DNA of 64,000 bases from an uncultured Acidobacteriota bacterium (GTDB taxonomy: Bacteria; Acidobacteriota; UBA6911), in contig CAWHCF010000029.1 in the NCBI GenBank assembly GCA_963827655.1, positions 128,001 to 192,000 on the forward strand, in the 5' to 3' direction. This document shows positions 30,083 through 40,512 of this stretch, one piece after another. Position numbers and translations under genes: made by a program. How positions within the stretch are numbered: the first letter of the stretch is position 1; each line of letters begins with the position of its first letter. Below the pieces are notes generated by a model, which was not told where the DNA came from, searched no databases, and worked only from the letters and a program-made list of their open reading frames with translations.

Positions 30083-31036
30083 TCAAACCCGTGTAACAAG
30101 GCCCATGTGGCGAAATTTCTGGTATCGATGCTCGCGCAGCTCGGACCCGGATTGGCTTAAAAGCGATTCCAGTCTCGGCCAGAGGCAGGAGTCCAGCATT
30201 TCGGCGGCGGTCTTGAAATCGGAATGAGCGCCATCCGGAGGCTCGGGCACGATCTCGTCGATGATTCCCAGGGCTTTGAGATCCTGGGCAGTCAATTTCA
30301 GCGCCTCGGCGGCGGCTTCGATGTGATCCTGGTCTTTCCAAAGGATCGCGGAGCAGCCCTCGGGTGTAATGACGGTGTAAACAGCATTCTCCATCATCAG
30401 CACACAGTTGCCGATACCGATTCCCAGGGCGCCGCCACTCCCTCCCTCGCCGATAATGCAGACAATCACGGGGACCTCCAGCCGTGCCATTTCTCGAAGG
30501 TTGTACGCGATGGCTTCAGCCTGACCCCTTTCTTCGGCTCCCACGCTTGGATAGGCTCCCGGCGTATCCAGGAACGTAATGATCGGCCGTGAGAATTTAT
30601 CGGCCAGCTTCATGGCACGAAGAGCCTTGCGATAACCTTCGGGCTGAGCGTAGCCGAAGTTGCGGTACTGGCGCTGCTTGATGTCCCGGCCCTTCTGGTG
30701 CCCGACCACCAGGACAGCCTGTCCGTGATAGCGCGCCATTCCTGTCACGATTGCCGGATCATCACCAAACCGCCGGTCCCCATGGATTTCTGAAAATCCC
30801 TGGAAGATGCGCTCAACGTAGTCCAGCGTATAGGGACGGTGCTCGTGACGAGCCACGAGAGTGCGCTCCCAGGCGCTGTTGGATTGGCGCCCTTCATCCC
30901 GAAGGCGCTGGACTTCGGCCCGCAATCTCTCTATTTCCTGTTGCTGATGAGTTTTGTTGGTTGCGAGGGCGTGGTTTGCCTTCGTTTCCTCGGCGGAAGC
31001 CGTCTGGTTTCCCTGGGGTGTTTTCTGGTCGTCCAC
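30083..31036 (-). CDS. accA: Acetyl-CoA carboxylase carboxyltransferase alpha
   Basis: HGDRRFGDD, PEGYRKALR, DTPGAYP, GEGGSGGA. Confidence 0.97.
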   Translation of the reverse strand: MDDQKTPQGNQTASAEETKANHALATNKTHQQQEIERLRAEVQRLRDEGRQSNSAWERTLVARHEHRPYTLDYVERIFQGFSEIHGDRRFGDDPAIVTGMARYHGQAVLVVGHQKGRDIKQRQYRNFGYAQPEGYRKALRAMKLADKFSRPIITFLDTPGAYPSVGAEERGQAEAIAYNLREMARLEVPVIVCIIGEGGSGGALGIGIGNCVLMMENAVYTVITPEGCSAILWKDQDHIEAAAEALKLTAQDLKALGIIDEIVPEPPDGAHSDFKTAAEMLDSCLWPRLESLLSQSGSELREHRYQKFRHMGLVTRV

Positions 31037-34000
31037 TAGTTCAACAGCTGAACCGAACCGGGCCCGCAGATGTGTTCAATCTGGCGGATCAGTTCAGGGC
31101 TCGATTTTACTTTCACGAAATCGGACGAATTGATGGTAACACGGATATTTTGAGGATGGTATAGCTCGAGTTCCACGCCGGTTTCGCCGCGGTTTCCTTC
31201 AAATAGACGATGGAGCTGTTCAGCCGACTCCGGACCCAGGCGGGCAACCGCGGCCCGGATGCAGAGGGCTCTGGCATTGCGCTCCGTTATTCCGGAGAGG
31301 GGTTGGATTTCGGAGGATACTATCTTGAAGCTGCTCTCACTCTCCGCCTCGAATCTCCCTGCGACCAGAATCGGCGTGTCTGGCGCCAGCAACGATTCCA
31401 CTCTGGCATGCAGGCTCGGGAATACAACCGTCTCCACGGCGCCGGTCAGGTCTTCGAGTTTGAACACGGCCATGAGCTCGCCTTTCTTTGTGCGGCGCGT
31501 GCGGCACTCGGTGACGAGGCCGGCCACTTTACAGTCGGTGTTATTGCCGTTCGTGATGAGCTCGGCCAGGGTCTTCGTGGTGAACCTTGCAAGTTCCGCG
31601 GCAAACCGGTTCAACGGATGCCCCGAAATGTAGTAGCCCAGGGTCTCCTTCTCAAATGCGAGTAGTTGATCGAAGGGCCACTCGGGAGTGTCCGGGGGCG
31701 AAGGTTCCGGAATCGCTCCGGCTCCCTGAAAAAAATCGGTGAAGAGGCCGCGTTGCCCGCTGTCGCGGTCTCTCTGGAGCTTCTGCCCATGCTCGATGGC
31801 CGCATCCGACACCGCCATGAGCTGGGACCGCTTCCAGCCCAGCGAGTCCAGCGCGCCGCACCTTATCAGACTCTCCAGCACGCGCTTGTTCACCGCGCGG
31901 GCGTCGACTTCCTCGCAGAAATGGAAGAGGCTGCGAAAGCGGCCTTTTCCCCGTCGTGAACCGAGCATGGAATCTATTGCGCCTTCCCCAACGTTGCGAA
32001 TCGCCAGCAAACCGAAGCGAATCTTGTCTCCCACCGATCGGAAATCCAATTCGCTTTCGTTCACGTCGGGAGGAAGGACCGGAATCCCCATATCTTTGCA
32101 CTCGGCGATGTACATCACGATCTTGTCGGTGTTTCCCACCTCGCTCGAGAGCAGTGAAGCCATGAATTGCACCGGGTAATGAACTTTAAGATACGCCGTC
32201 TGGTATGCCAGCAAGGCGTAAGCCGTGCTGTGGGATTTGGGGAAGCCATACTTAGCAAAATGCTGCATGAGGTCGAAGACCTGAATAGCAGTCTTATCCG
32301 GAATCTTGTTCCGGCGCGCTCCCTCCAGGAACTTGTCGCGCATCGAGGTCATCACCGACACCTGCTTTTTTCCCATCGCCTTGCGCAAGATGTCGGCCTG
32401 CCCCAGCGAGAACCCCCCCATGATACTGGCAATCTGCATCACCTGTTCCTGGTAAACTATGATGCCGTAAGTCTCCTTCAGGACGTTTTCCAGAACCGGG
32501 TGGAGATAGCGAACCTCGATGAGACCGTGCTTGCGCTTGATAAAATCGTCGATCATGTCCATCGGACCCGGACGGTAAAGCGCGTTCAGCGCAATCAGGT
32601 CCTCGAAGCGTTCCGGCTTCAGGCGTCGCAGTACTCCCTTCATGCCGCCCGATTCAAACTGAAATATTCCATTGGTCTTCGCCTCGGAAAACAGGGCGTA
32701 GACATCGGGGTCGTTCAAGGGAATATCGGTGAGGTTGAGATCGATCCCTTTTTCCTCCCGGATACGCTTTATCGTGTGGTCCAGGACCGTGAGGGTGGCC
32801 AGCGCGAGGAAGTCCATCTTGAGCAAGCCGATGGTTTCCAGATCCTTCATGCTGTACTGCGTCGTGATCTCGTCCTTGTTCGACTTGTAAAGGGGGATGA
32901 GTTCCATCAGCGGCTGTGGGGCAATCACGACGCCGGCGGCATGAGTTGAGGCATGCCGGGAGAGGCCTTCCAGGCGTTTGGCGATTTCGATCAGCCTGGC
33001 AATCTGAGGGTTCTTCATCTCCTCTTGAAGCCGCGGTTCCTGCTGTAGCGCCCTGTCCAGCGTGGCGTTCAGCTCATTGGGAATGAGCTTGGCGATCCGG
33101 TCGACTTCGGCATAAGGAATGTCCATAGTCCTGCCGACGTCTCGAATAACTCCCTTGGCAGCCATCGTGCCGAAGGTAATGATCTGGCAGACGTTTTCGC
33201 GTCCATATTTCGTGGCCACGTAGTCGATGACCTCCGCCCGCCGGTTCATGCAGAAGTCCATATCGATATCGGGCGGAGCGATCCGTTCGGGATTGAGGAA
33301 ACGCTCGAAGAAGAGATCGTACTGCAGGGGATCGATGTCCGTGATCCACAAGCTGTACGCGACCAGACTTCCCACTACAGAGCCGCGTCCCGGTCCGACC
33401 GGTATGCAGTTGTCTCTCGCATGCTTGATCAAATCCCAGACAATCAGGAAGTAACTCGAGAACCTCATCTTCTTGATCATCTCGATCTCGAACTCGAGAC
33501 GGTCGCCGTAAGTTCTCAGCGGATTCTTAAGCAGACCCTGCCGGGCCAGCGTCTCCAGGTGGGGACGCCGCAGCTCAAAACCTTCATGCACCACCTTTTC
33601 GAAATAAGAATCAGGGGAGAAACCGGGAGGTACTCCAAAGGCCGGAAGGTGCAGGTCGGAAGTGTCGATGTGAAGGTCGCATCGCTCCGCGATCCGAACC
33701 GTGTTCAACAGCGCTTCCGGCAGCTCACCCCAGATCTGGCGCATCTCCTCGAAGGATTTGAAGTAGAACTGATCCGTGCCATACCGCATCCGGTCGGACG
33801 TCCTGGATGTTCTTTCCGGTCCCGATACAGAGGAGAATATCGTGCGCCGGTGCGTCTTCGCGGCGCAGGTAGTGCGCGTCGTTGGTGCACGCGAATGGAA
33901 TATTGCTCTTTTTCGCGATCTCCAGCAGCATCGGGTTGATCTGACGTTGGAGCGGGAGCTCGTGATCCTGGAGTTCAAGGAAGAAGTTGCCGCGGCCGAA

Positions 34001-34501
34001 GATGTCATGCAGCGTGTTCGCCTCTTCCAGGGCAGAGTCGAACTGGTCAAGCAGGAGCCGCTGGGGAACCGAGCCCTTCAGACACGCCGAGAGCGCAATC
34101 AGCCCTTTGCTGTGGTGCGCCAAAATATCCTTATCTATTCGTGGTTTATAATAGAAACCCTCAACATAACCATAGGAGACCAACTTGCTGAGGTTGTGGT
34201 AGCCCGTGTTGTTTTCCGCCAGCAGGATCAGGTGATTGGACTGGTCCCCCCCGCCGGACTTCTTATGACGGCTCTCCTTGGCCACGTAGATTTCGCATCC
34301 GATGATGGGCTTGAGTCCCTTCTTCCGCGCCGAGGTATAGAACTGGATTGCCCCGAAGAGGTTTCCATGATCGGTGATTGCCATGGCCGGCATCCCCATG
34401 GAAACGGCAGTCTCGACCAGTTGCTCCACTTTTGAAGCGCCGTCCAGCAAGCTGTAATCGGAGTGATTATGAAGATGAACGAAGGTGGTGGGTTCGGCCA
34501 A
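31036..34501 (-). CDS. dnaE: DNA polymerase III alpha, +1 frameshift near 33796
   Basis: PHP domain FVHLHNHSDYSLLDGA in 33725..34501; GPGRGS, PDIDMDF, STHAAG in 31036..~33795; removing one base joins them (KNIQDVDRMRY). Confidence 0.95.
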
Positions 34502-34504
34502 AAG

Positions 34505-36040
34505 CTACTCCCATTCAATGGTTCCCGGGGGCTTGGACGTGATGTCGTATACAACCCGGTTGATTCCGCGAACCTCGTTGACTATCCGGTTTGATATGCG
34601 TTCCAAAACTGAGTAAGGAAGTCTGGCCCAGTCGGCGGTCATGCCGTCCAGGCTGGTCACTGCCCGTAGGGCGCACACGTTTTCGTAAGTCCGGTCGTCT
34701 CCCATGACCCCCACGCTACGGACCGGCAGCAGGACTGCAAACGCCTGCCAGAGCTCCCGCGTCAGGCCTTCACGGTCGATCTCTTCTTGAACGATGGCGT
34801 CGGCCTCGCGCAGAAGCGCCAGACGGTCCGGCGTGATTCCCCCGATAATGCGGACTGCGAGTCCGGGACCCGGAAAGGGATGTCGGTAGACGAAGCGCTC
34901 ATCCAGCCCAAGTTCCAGGGCCAGCCTGCGCACTTCATCCTTGAACAGCTCGCGCAGCGGCTCGACTATTTCAAGCCCGATCTGAGCCGGGAGTCCTCCG
35001 ACATTGTGATGGGACTTGATGACGGCGGAAGGTCCCCGGACCGACGTCGACTCAATTACGTCCGGATAAAGAGTTCCTTGCACCAGAAACCGCACCCCCG
35101 GGAGCTTGCCGGCTTCCTCCTCGAAGACACGGATGAATTCCTCTCCTATTATCTTTCGTTTTTGCTCCGGATCTTCAACCCCCGCAAGGCGCGAGAGAAA
35201 TCGATCGGCGGCATCCACCCCGCGGACCGGCAAGTGCAGTCGATCGCGAAAAGTGGCAAGGACATCGGCGAACTCATTCTTTCGGAGGACGCCATTATCG
35301 ACGAAGACGCAGGTGAGCCGATCTCCAATGGCCTTATGCACGAGGAGAGCAGCGACGGATGAGTCGACGCCTCCGCTCAACCCGCAGATCGCCCGGCCGC
35401 CGCCCAGGCGTTCCGAAATCATGCGCGTCGACGACTCGATGAAAGAGGACATGGTCCAGTCACGGCGGCAACCGCAAACACGGGTGAGGAAGTTTTCCAG
35501 GATTTCGCGGCCGTGATGCGTGTGCACCACCTCCGGATGAAATTGGATACCCCACATCCGCCGTGATTCGTCAGCCAGGGCCGAGATGATCCCGCCGGAT
35601 CGAGCCAGGATCTGGAATCCAGGTGGAGGAGCTTCAACTCGATCGCCATGGCTCATCCAGACCTGGAGCTTGTCTGGCAACCCGGAAAAAAGCGTATCCG
35701 CGTCCAACAAATCAACCACTGCCTTGCCGAACTCGCGCTGGTTCCCCGGCACCACGATTCCACCCAGGCTCCGGGCCATGAGCTGCAAGCCGTAACAGAT
35801 GCCTAGGGTCGGGATTCCAAGCTGAAAGAATTCGGGAGGTAATGCGGGGCTGCCCGGGCTGCAGACCGAACTGGGTCCGCCCGACAGAATCACGCCGGAT
35901 GGTCGTTCAAGCCGTACCTTCTCCAAAGCGGAAGAATACGAGACAATCTCACAATAAACCGATAGCTCGCGGACGCGACGAGCTATCAGCTGGGTGTACT
36001 GGCCGCCAAAATCGAGAATGAGAATATATTCGCGCTGAAT
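34505..36040 (-). CDS. guaA: GMP synthase (glutamine-hydrolysing), apparent ATT start
   Basis: [20 protein letters not shown] lies upstream of the ORF-track start; [27 protein letters not shown]; in-frame TAA at 36044-36046. Confidence 0.95.
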   Translation of the reverse strand: MQREYILILDFGGQYTQLIARRVRELSVYCEIVSYSSALEKVRLERPSGVILSGGPSSVCSPGSPALPPEFFQLGIPTLGICYGLQLMARSLGGIVVPGNQREFGKAVVDLLDADTLFSGLPDKLQVWMSHGDRVEAPPPGFQILARSGGIISALADESRRMWGIQFHPEVVHTHHGREILENFLTRVCGCRRDWTMSSFIESSTRMISERLGGGRAICGLSGGVDSSVAALLVHKAIGDRLTCVFVDNGVLRKNEFADVLATFRDRLHLPVRGVDAADRFLSRLAGVEDPEQKRKIIGEEFIRVFEEEAGKLPGVRFLVQGTLYPDVIESTSVRGPSAVIKSHHNVGGLPAQIGLEIVEPLRELFKDEVRRLALELGLDERFVYRHPFPGPGLAVRIIGGITPDRLALLREADAIVQEEIDREGLTRELWQAFAVLLPVRSVGVMGDDRTYENVCALRAVTSLDGMTADWARLPYSVLERISNRIVNEVRGINRVVYDITSKPPGTIEWE

Positions 36041-36193
36041 GATTTACTCCCGGGTTTCGTTTGATGTTCACTTGCGGCGCGTATACAATATCGCACCGAT
36101 TTTAAATTTTCAAACGGAAACCCGGCGCGCCAATCTCAAGTACACAACGCAGCCGTGAGGCCGCAACCGAAGTGCTCTTAGTGTTTCTTCGTG

Positions 36194-36259
36194 TCTTCGT
36201 GGTTAGAGCTGCTCTAACGATACCACTAAGACTCAAACACACGAAGAAACACAAGGAAT
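36194..36259 (+). repeat. 66-bp repeat, inverted partner of 38168-38233 (octamer family)
   Basis: 59 of 67 aligned columns match the reverse complement of 38168-38233 (hand alignment). Confidence 0.85.
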
Positions 36260-36286
36260 CTAGCCCAAAAAGCGAAAATTGGATCC

Positions 36287-37141
36287 ATGGAGGACTTTCT
36301 TAAGGCGGCCGTGCTCGGCATCGTTCAAGGGCTGACCGAATTTCTCCCCATCAGCAGTTCGGCGCATCTCATCCTGGTGCCCTGGTTGTTTGGCTGGGAA
36401 ACGGGCGGCTTGACGTTTGACGTGGCTCTGCACCTCGGAACCTCGGCCGCCATTCTCGCGTACTTTTGGAGAGATTGGGTTGATCTCGCCCTCGAGATGA
36501 TAAGGGGAATTCGCGAGCGCAGTCTGTTTGGCAATGCGCAACGCCGACTCGCATGGTTTTTGATCATCGGCACTCTGCCTGCGGTGGTAGCCGGACTGCT
36601 GCTGGAAGATTACATTAAAACCACTCTGCGATCACCACTGATCCCGGTCGTGACTCTGGTTGGATTCGGCATACTGCTTTATTACGCCGACCGCAAGAGC
36701 CGCCAGAGCCGTTCGCTGGACCAGTTCAACTGGCGGGATTGTCTTTGGATCGGGATAAGCCAGGCGCTCGCACTGGTTCCAGGCGTTTCGAGAAGTGGAA
36801 TAACCATCAGCGCGGCGATGTTGAGGGATGCAAGCCGCGCCGCGGCTGCTCGATTCTCATTCCTGCTCTCCACTCCGGTCATTGTCGGCGCAGCAGCGCT
36901 TCAAGCGTGGGAGGTGCTGGCGAGTACTCGTCATCCGGGCGCGGCCGTCATAGGACCTGACGTCGGCTCCGCGGCGGTAAAGTGGGATGTAATGATCGTG
37001 GGAATAATCGTCGCAGCCATTACCGGATTCCTTTGCATCCGGTATTTCCTGCGCTATCTCCAGACTAACAATCTCGTGCCTTTCGTGATTTACCGGATAG
37101 CGCTGGCAGCCCTCGTTCTGCTCATGTTTCTCAAGAGCTAG
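36287..37141 (+). CDS. uppP: Undecaprenyl-diphosphatase
   Basis: QGLTEFLPISSSAHL, PGVSRSGITI, AARFSFLLS. Confidence 0.97.
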   Translation: MEDFLKAAVLGIVQGLTEFLPISSSAHLILVPWLFGWETGGLTFDVALHLGTSAAILAYFWRDWVDLALEMIRGIRERSLFGNAQRRLAWFLIIGTLPAVVAGLLLEDYIKTTLRSPLIPVVTLVGFGILLYYADRKSRQSRSLDQFNWRDCLWIGISQALALVPGVSRSGITISAAMLRDASRAAAARFSFLLSTPVIVGAAALQAWEVLASTRHPGAAVIGPDVGSAAVKWDVMIVGIIVAAITGFLCIRYFLRYLQTNNLVPFVIYRIALAALVLLMFLKS

Positions 37142-37366
37142 CCAGCGATTATTCCTCGGCCGAGAGCCAGTGAGCGAAGCAAGCTTCGCCAACCCGCCGA
37201 CAACGTTGACGGCACGTGCACGCAATGTCTGGACCTTGACGTGGCCGTGAGACTCACCGGCTGTTGAGGTTGTTCGAGAATTCGGGTCTCAGGATTAAAA
37301 TCCGAGAGTTCGAATGAGCAACGACTGCCGGGATTTCGTATTCATGGTAACAGATGAACATGAGTC

Positions 37367-38158
37367 GTGGCAAAAGGCCGCATTATGCCAGGAAAATATC
37401 CGATACGAAAGTATCCTTTCGAACAGGAATTATTCCTGCACGAAATCGACAAGCTCAACGACCCGCAAGCAAGAATCCTTGACTTGGGGGCGGGGGAGGG
37501 AACCTTCAACTACGCGGTTTCTCAAGCCAGGATCATATCGGTCGACAAAGATATCCCTGCCGATCTCAAGCCGAGCGCCGGTCGCAACGCGTTCTTGCAG
37601 GCTGATGGGGCAGCCTTGCCGTTCTCAGCCCAGGTCTTCGATGTCGTGGTGGCAAACTTCGTCTTTGAGCATTTTATCCGGCCCGACCTTGCGTTAAGAG
37701 AGACCCAACGAGTTCTGAAGGCCGGCGGCCTTCTCTACCTGTCTATCCCGAACTCTGACAGCCTCGAGGATAGGATTTTTCGCTTGCTTGGGGGCGCCAA
37801 GCATCACGTTCATAGTTACTCATTTCATTCCTTGATCAAACTGGTTTATCAGAGCACAAATCTCAAGCTTATCGCTTTTGCAGATTGGCCGGCCGGATTT
37901 ACCTGGCTCAACGTTGCTCCTTCGGGGAACATCATTCGGCGCGGGCTGTGGCGATGTTTAAGGCTTGCCAGAAGGCGACTGCAAGCCTATTCGGTAAGAG
38001 ACTCCGGGTTCGTTTTTCTTTTCAGGGCTGAGGACAAACTAGGATTTCGGCTCATTTCACACGTGTGCGCCTATTGCGGGGCCGGCGCGACGATAGACAC
38101 AAGCGATCAGGCGCAGTGGGAGTGTATGCAGTGCAATCAGGTAAACTTCGCGAATTAA
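37367..38158 (+). CDS. Class I SAM-dependent methyltransferase with C-terminal zinc ribbon
   Basis: ILDLGAGEG, FDVVVANFVFEH, RVLKAGG; CAYC-x13-CMQC. Confidence 0.85.
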   Translation: MAKGRIMPGKYPIRKYPFEQELFLHEIDKLNDPQARILDLGAGEGTFNYAVSQARIISVDKDIPADLKPSAGRNAFLQADGAALPFSAQVFDVVVANFVFEHFIRPDLALRETQRVLKAGGLLYLSIPNSDSLEDRIFRLLGGAKHHVHSYSFHSLIKLVYQSTNLKLIAFADWPAGFTWLNVAPSGNIIRRGLWRCLRLARRRLQAYSVRDSGFVFLFRAEDKLGFRLISHVCAYCGAGATIDTSDQAQWECMQCNQVNFAN

Positions 38159-38167
38159 GGGGTAATA

Positions 38168-38233
38168 ATTCTTGGTGTTTCTTCGTGTCTTTGAGTCTTA
38201 GTGGTATTGGTTAGACAGCTCGAACTACGAAGA
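38168..38233 (-). repeat. 66-bp repeat, inverted partner of 36194-36259
   Basis: Shares ATACCACTAAGACTCAAA and ACACGAAGAAACAC blocks. Confidence 0.85.
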
Positions 38234-38241
38234 TGGCGCCT

Positions 38242-39594
38242 TCATCTCCGGGAACGAAGACGTCGTTTCTTTTCCTGGACCGTCTTCATGATTTCGCGGA
38301 ATTGCCGCTCCGTTCCCTGGTCTGTCGGCTGATAGTATTGCCGGCCGGCAAGGGATTCAGGCAGGCAATCCATGTCGGCAACTTTCTCCTCGAGATCATG
38401 CGCGTACTGGTAGCCCTTCCCATACCCGATCTTCTTCATCAGCGGAGTGGGAGCATTTCGAATGTGTAGCGGGGGCGGTTCATTCATCGTGTTCTGCACG
38501 TCATTCTCTACTTCGGAATAGGCGGTATAGAGCGAGTTGGATTTTGGCGCGAGGGAAAGATAGACAGCCGCCTGCGCCAGCGCGAGCTTGCACTCAGGCA
38601 AGCCGACCAGGCGCACCGCATCCGTGGCGTCCAGGGCCACCCTCAATGCCTGGACATCCGCCATACCAATATCCTCGGAGGCGAATCGCACCATCCGGCG
38701 AGCGATGTAGACCGGGTCCTCGCCGGCTTCCAGCATTCGCCCCAGCCAGTAGAGAGCCGCGTCAGCGTCGCTGTTGCGCAGCGATTTATGCAGCGCGGAG
38801 ATCACATTGTAGTGCTCCTCACCGGCCTTGTCGTAGAGTAAAGTCTTACGCTGCAGCGCGGCCTCGAGATCTTCAAGATTCAGCACCGGGATTCCCGGCT
38901 GAGGCCGGTTTTGAGCCAGGGCGACCGCAATCTCCAGCGCGTTGAGAGCGATCCTGGCGTCGCCATCAGCATAGACCGACAGCCACTCCAATGCGTTGTC
39001 CGGCACGTCCATTGCAATCTTGCCCAGACCCCGGTCGCGATCCTCGAGAGCACGCCGCAGGATCAACCGGATGTTCTCAGGAGTGAGAGGATTAAGAACG
39101 TAAACTTTGGTTCGCGAGAGCAGGGCGCCAATCACTTCGAACGATGGATTCTCTGTCGTGGCCCCAATGAGGACGATAACCCCTGACTCCAGGTAGGGGA
39201 GAAATGCGTCCTGCTGCGACTTGTTGAATCGATGAATCTCGTCAATGAATAGGATCGTTTTGCCGCGCGCGTGACGTTGATGGCGCTCGGCTTCGGCCAT
39301 GACCGCTTTGATCTCTTTGATACCGGAGAGCACGGCGCTGAAGGAGACAAAGCGGGACCGGGACTCCTTTGCTATCAGGCGGGCGAGCGTGGTCTTTCCC
39401 GTGCCGGGCGGGCCCCAGAGTATCATGGAGAAGAGTCGATCCTGTTCGATCATCTCCTGCAGGACCTTGCCGGAACCAATCAGATGGGATTGACCCAGCA
39501 CTTCGTCGAGCGTGCGAGGGCGCATTCTCTCGGCCAGAGGCGCGTCTCCGGCTGGAGGAGGTTCGACAGGTTCGGGAAACAAGGGACGCGACAT
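38242..39594 (-). CDS. rarA: Replication-associated recombination protein A
   Basis: PLAERMRP, WGPPGTGKTT, DEIHRFNKSQQD, SALHKSLR. Confidence 0.96.
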   Translation of the reverse strand: MSRPLFPEPVEPPPAGDAPLAERMRPRTLDEVLGQSHLIGSGKVLQEMIEQDRLFSMILWGPPGTGKTTLARLIAKESRSRFVSFSAVLSGIKEIKAVMAEAERHQRHARGKTILFIDEIHRFNKSQQDAFLPYLESGVIVLIGATTENPSFEVIGALLSRTKVYVLNPLTPENIRLILRRALEDRDRGLGKIAMDVPDNALEWLSVYADGDARIALNALEIAVALAQNRPQPGIPVLNLEDLEAALQRKTLLYDKAGEEHYNVISALHKSLRNSDADAALYWLGRMLEAGEDPVYIARRMVRFASEDIGMADVQALRVALDATDAVRLVGLPECKLALAQAAVYLSLAPKSNSLYTAYSEVENDVQNTMNEPPPLHIRNAPTPLMKKIGYGKGYQYAHDLEEKVADMDCLPESLAGRQYYQPTDQGTERQFREIMKTVQEKKRRLRSRR

Positions 39595-39597
39595 ATT

Positions 39598-39655
39598 CGA
39601 TTGACGATTGTACGATTGACGATTGACGATTGCGGCCAATCGTCAATCGTCAATC
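39598..39655. repeat. Inverted heptamer array (GATTGAC / GTCAATC)
   Basis: cgattgacgattgtacgattgacgattgacgattg-cggc-caatcgtcaatcgtcaatc; contains the trmH-family stop. Confidence 0.9.
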
Positions 39656-40458
39656 ATACGTGATCGCTGCCTGCACGCTTCAAAGAGAATGATCGCTCCG
39701 GCGGCCGCCACATTCAAGGACTCTGATCCACGCGCCATCGGGATATGGATCGCCGGAATATCGGACCAATCTTTTTCACTGACGCCCCGGGTCTCACTCC
39801 CCAGCAGAATCGCCGCAGGGCTCTGGAAACTGGTCTCCCAGACCGACGTGCCCGAGCGCGCCTCCGCGCGCAAGGGACGAATTTTGCGGGCGGAGCAGTA
39901 GGTGAGGAATTCCGAGGGACCCACGCGCTCGATCACGGGAATGCGAAAGAAGGCTCCCGCGCTGGAGCGGATGACCTTCTGATTCCTCAGAGATCCGGTC
40001 TCGGGAGTGGTGCAAACCAGCGCGGCGCCTGCCGCCGCCGCCGTCCGGAGCAGAGTGCCCAGGTTCCCCGGGTCTTGAATTCCGCAGGCGCACAGGATCA
40101 GCGGATTGGGAAGTGTCGGGACATCGTTCAGCGTCAAATTCGGCACGCGGACCAGAGCGAGCGCCCCTTGAGGGGAGAGAACGCCCGACAGAGATCTGAA
40201 CAGCGGGCCTGCGGCTCGCCGGATCATGATCTCCCGGGAATGCCAGGTCTGCACTAGCGCCGTCTCGCGCTCATCAGTGCCGAACCCGTCCGAGAGCAGG
40301 ACGGCTTCGAATGGATGGTTCGAGTTCGTTGCTTCCTCGAGCACCCGGATGCCCTCGGCCAGAACCAGTTCTGCCGGCGCCCGGCGCGCGCGTGAAGCGA
40401 CGAGCCTGATCTTCTTGACCAGTGGATGTTCCGTGCTGGTTACAAGAGTAGCCGCCAT
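39643..40458 (-). CDS. TrmH/SpoU family RNA methyltransferase
   Basis: IQDPGNLGTLLRTA, LGSETRG, IPM...ESLNVA. Confidence 0.93.
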   Translation of the reverse strand: MAATLVTSTEHPLVKKIRLVASRARRAPAELVLAEGIRVLEEATNSNHPFEAVLLSDGFGTDERETALVQTWHSREIMIRRAAGPLFRSLSGVLSPQGALALVRVPNLTLNDVPTLPNPLILCACGIQDPGNLGTLLRTAAAAGAALVCTTPETGSLRNQKVIRSSAGAFFRIPVIERVGPSEFLTYCSARKIRPLRAEARSGTSVWETSFQSPAAILLGSETRGVSEKDWSDIPAIHIPMARGSESLNVAAAGAIILFEACRQRSRMIDD

Positions 40459-40512
40459 CGCGATACGCGCTCTGAGCGCCTTTGCGTTTTTCGTGTCTTC
40501 GAGTCTTCGTGG

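Noticed and set aside
31036-34501. dnaE in two ORFs as a split-intein gene or programmed frameshift
   Set aside because: No intein motifs and no slippery run at the junction. One extra base explains it, and five other genes show similar lesions.
39598-39655. Heptamer and octamer arrays as CRISPR arrays
   Set aside because: Units are 6-8 bp and contiguous, with no unique 30-40 bp spacers and no cas genes.
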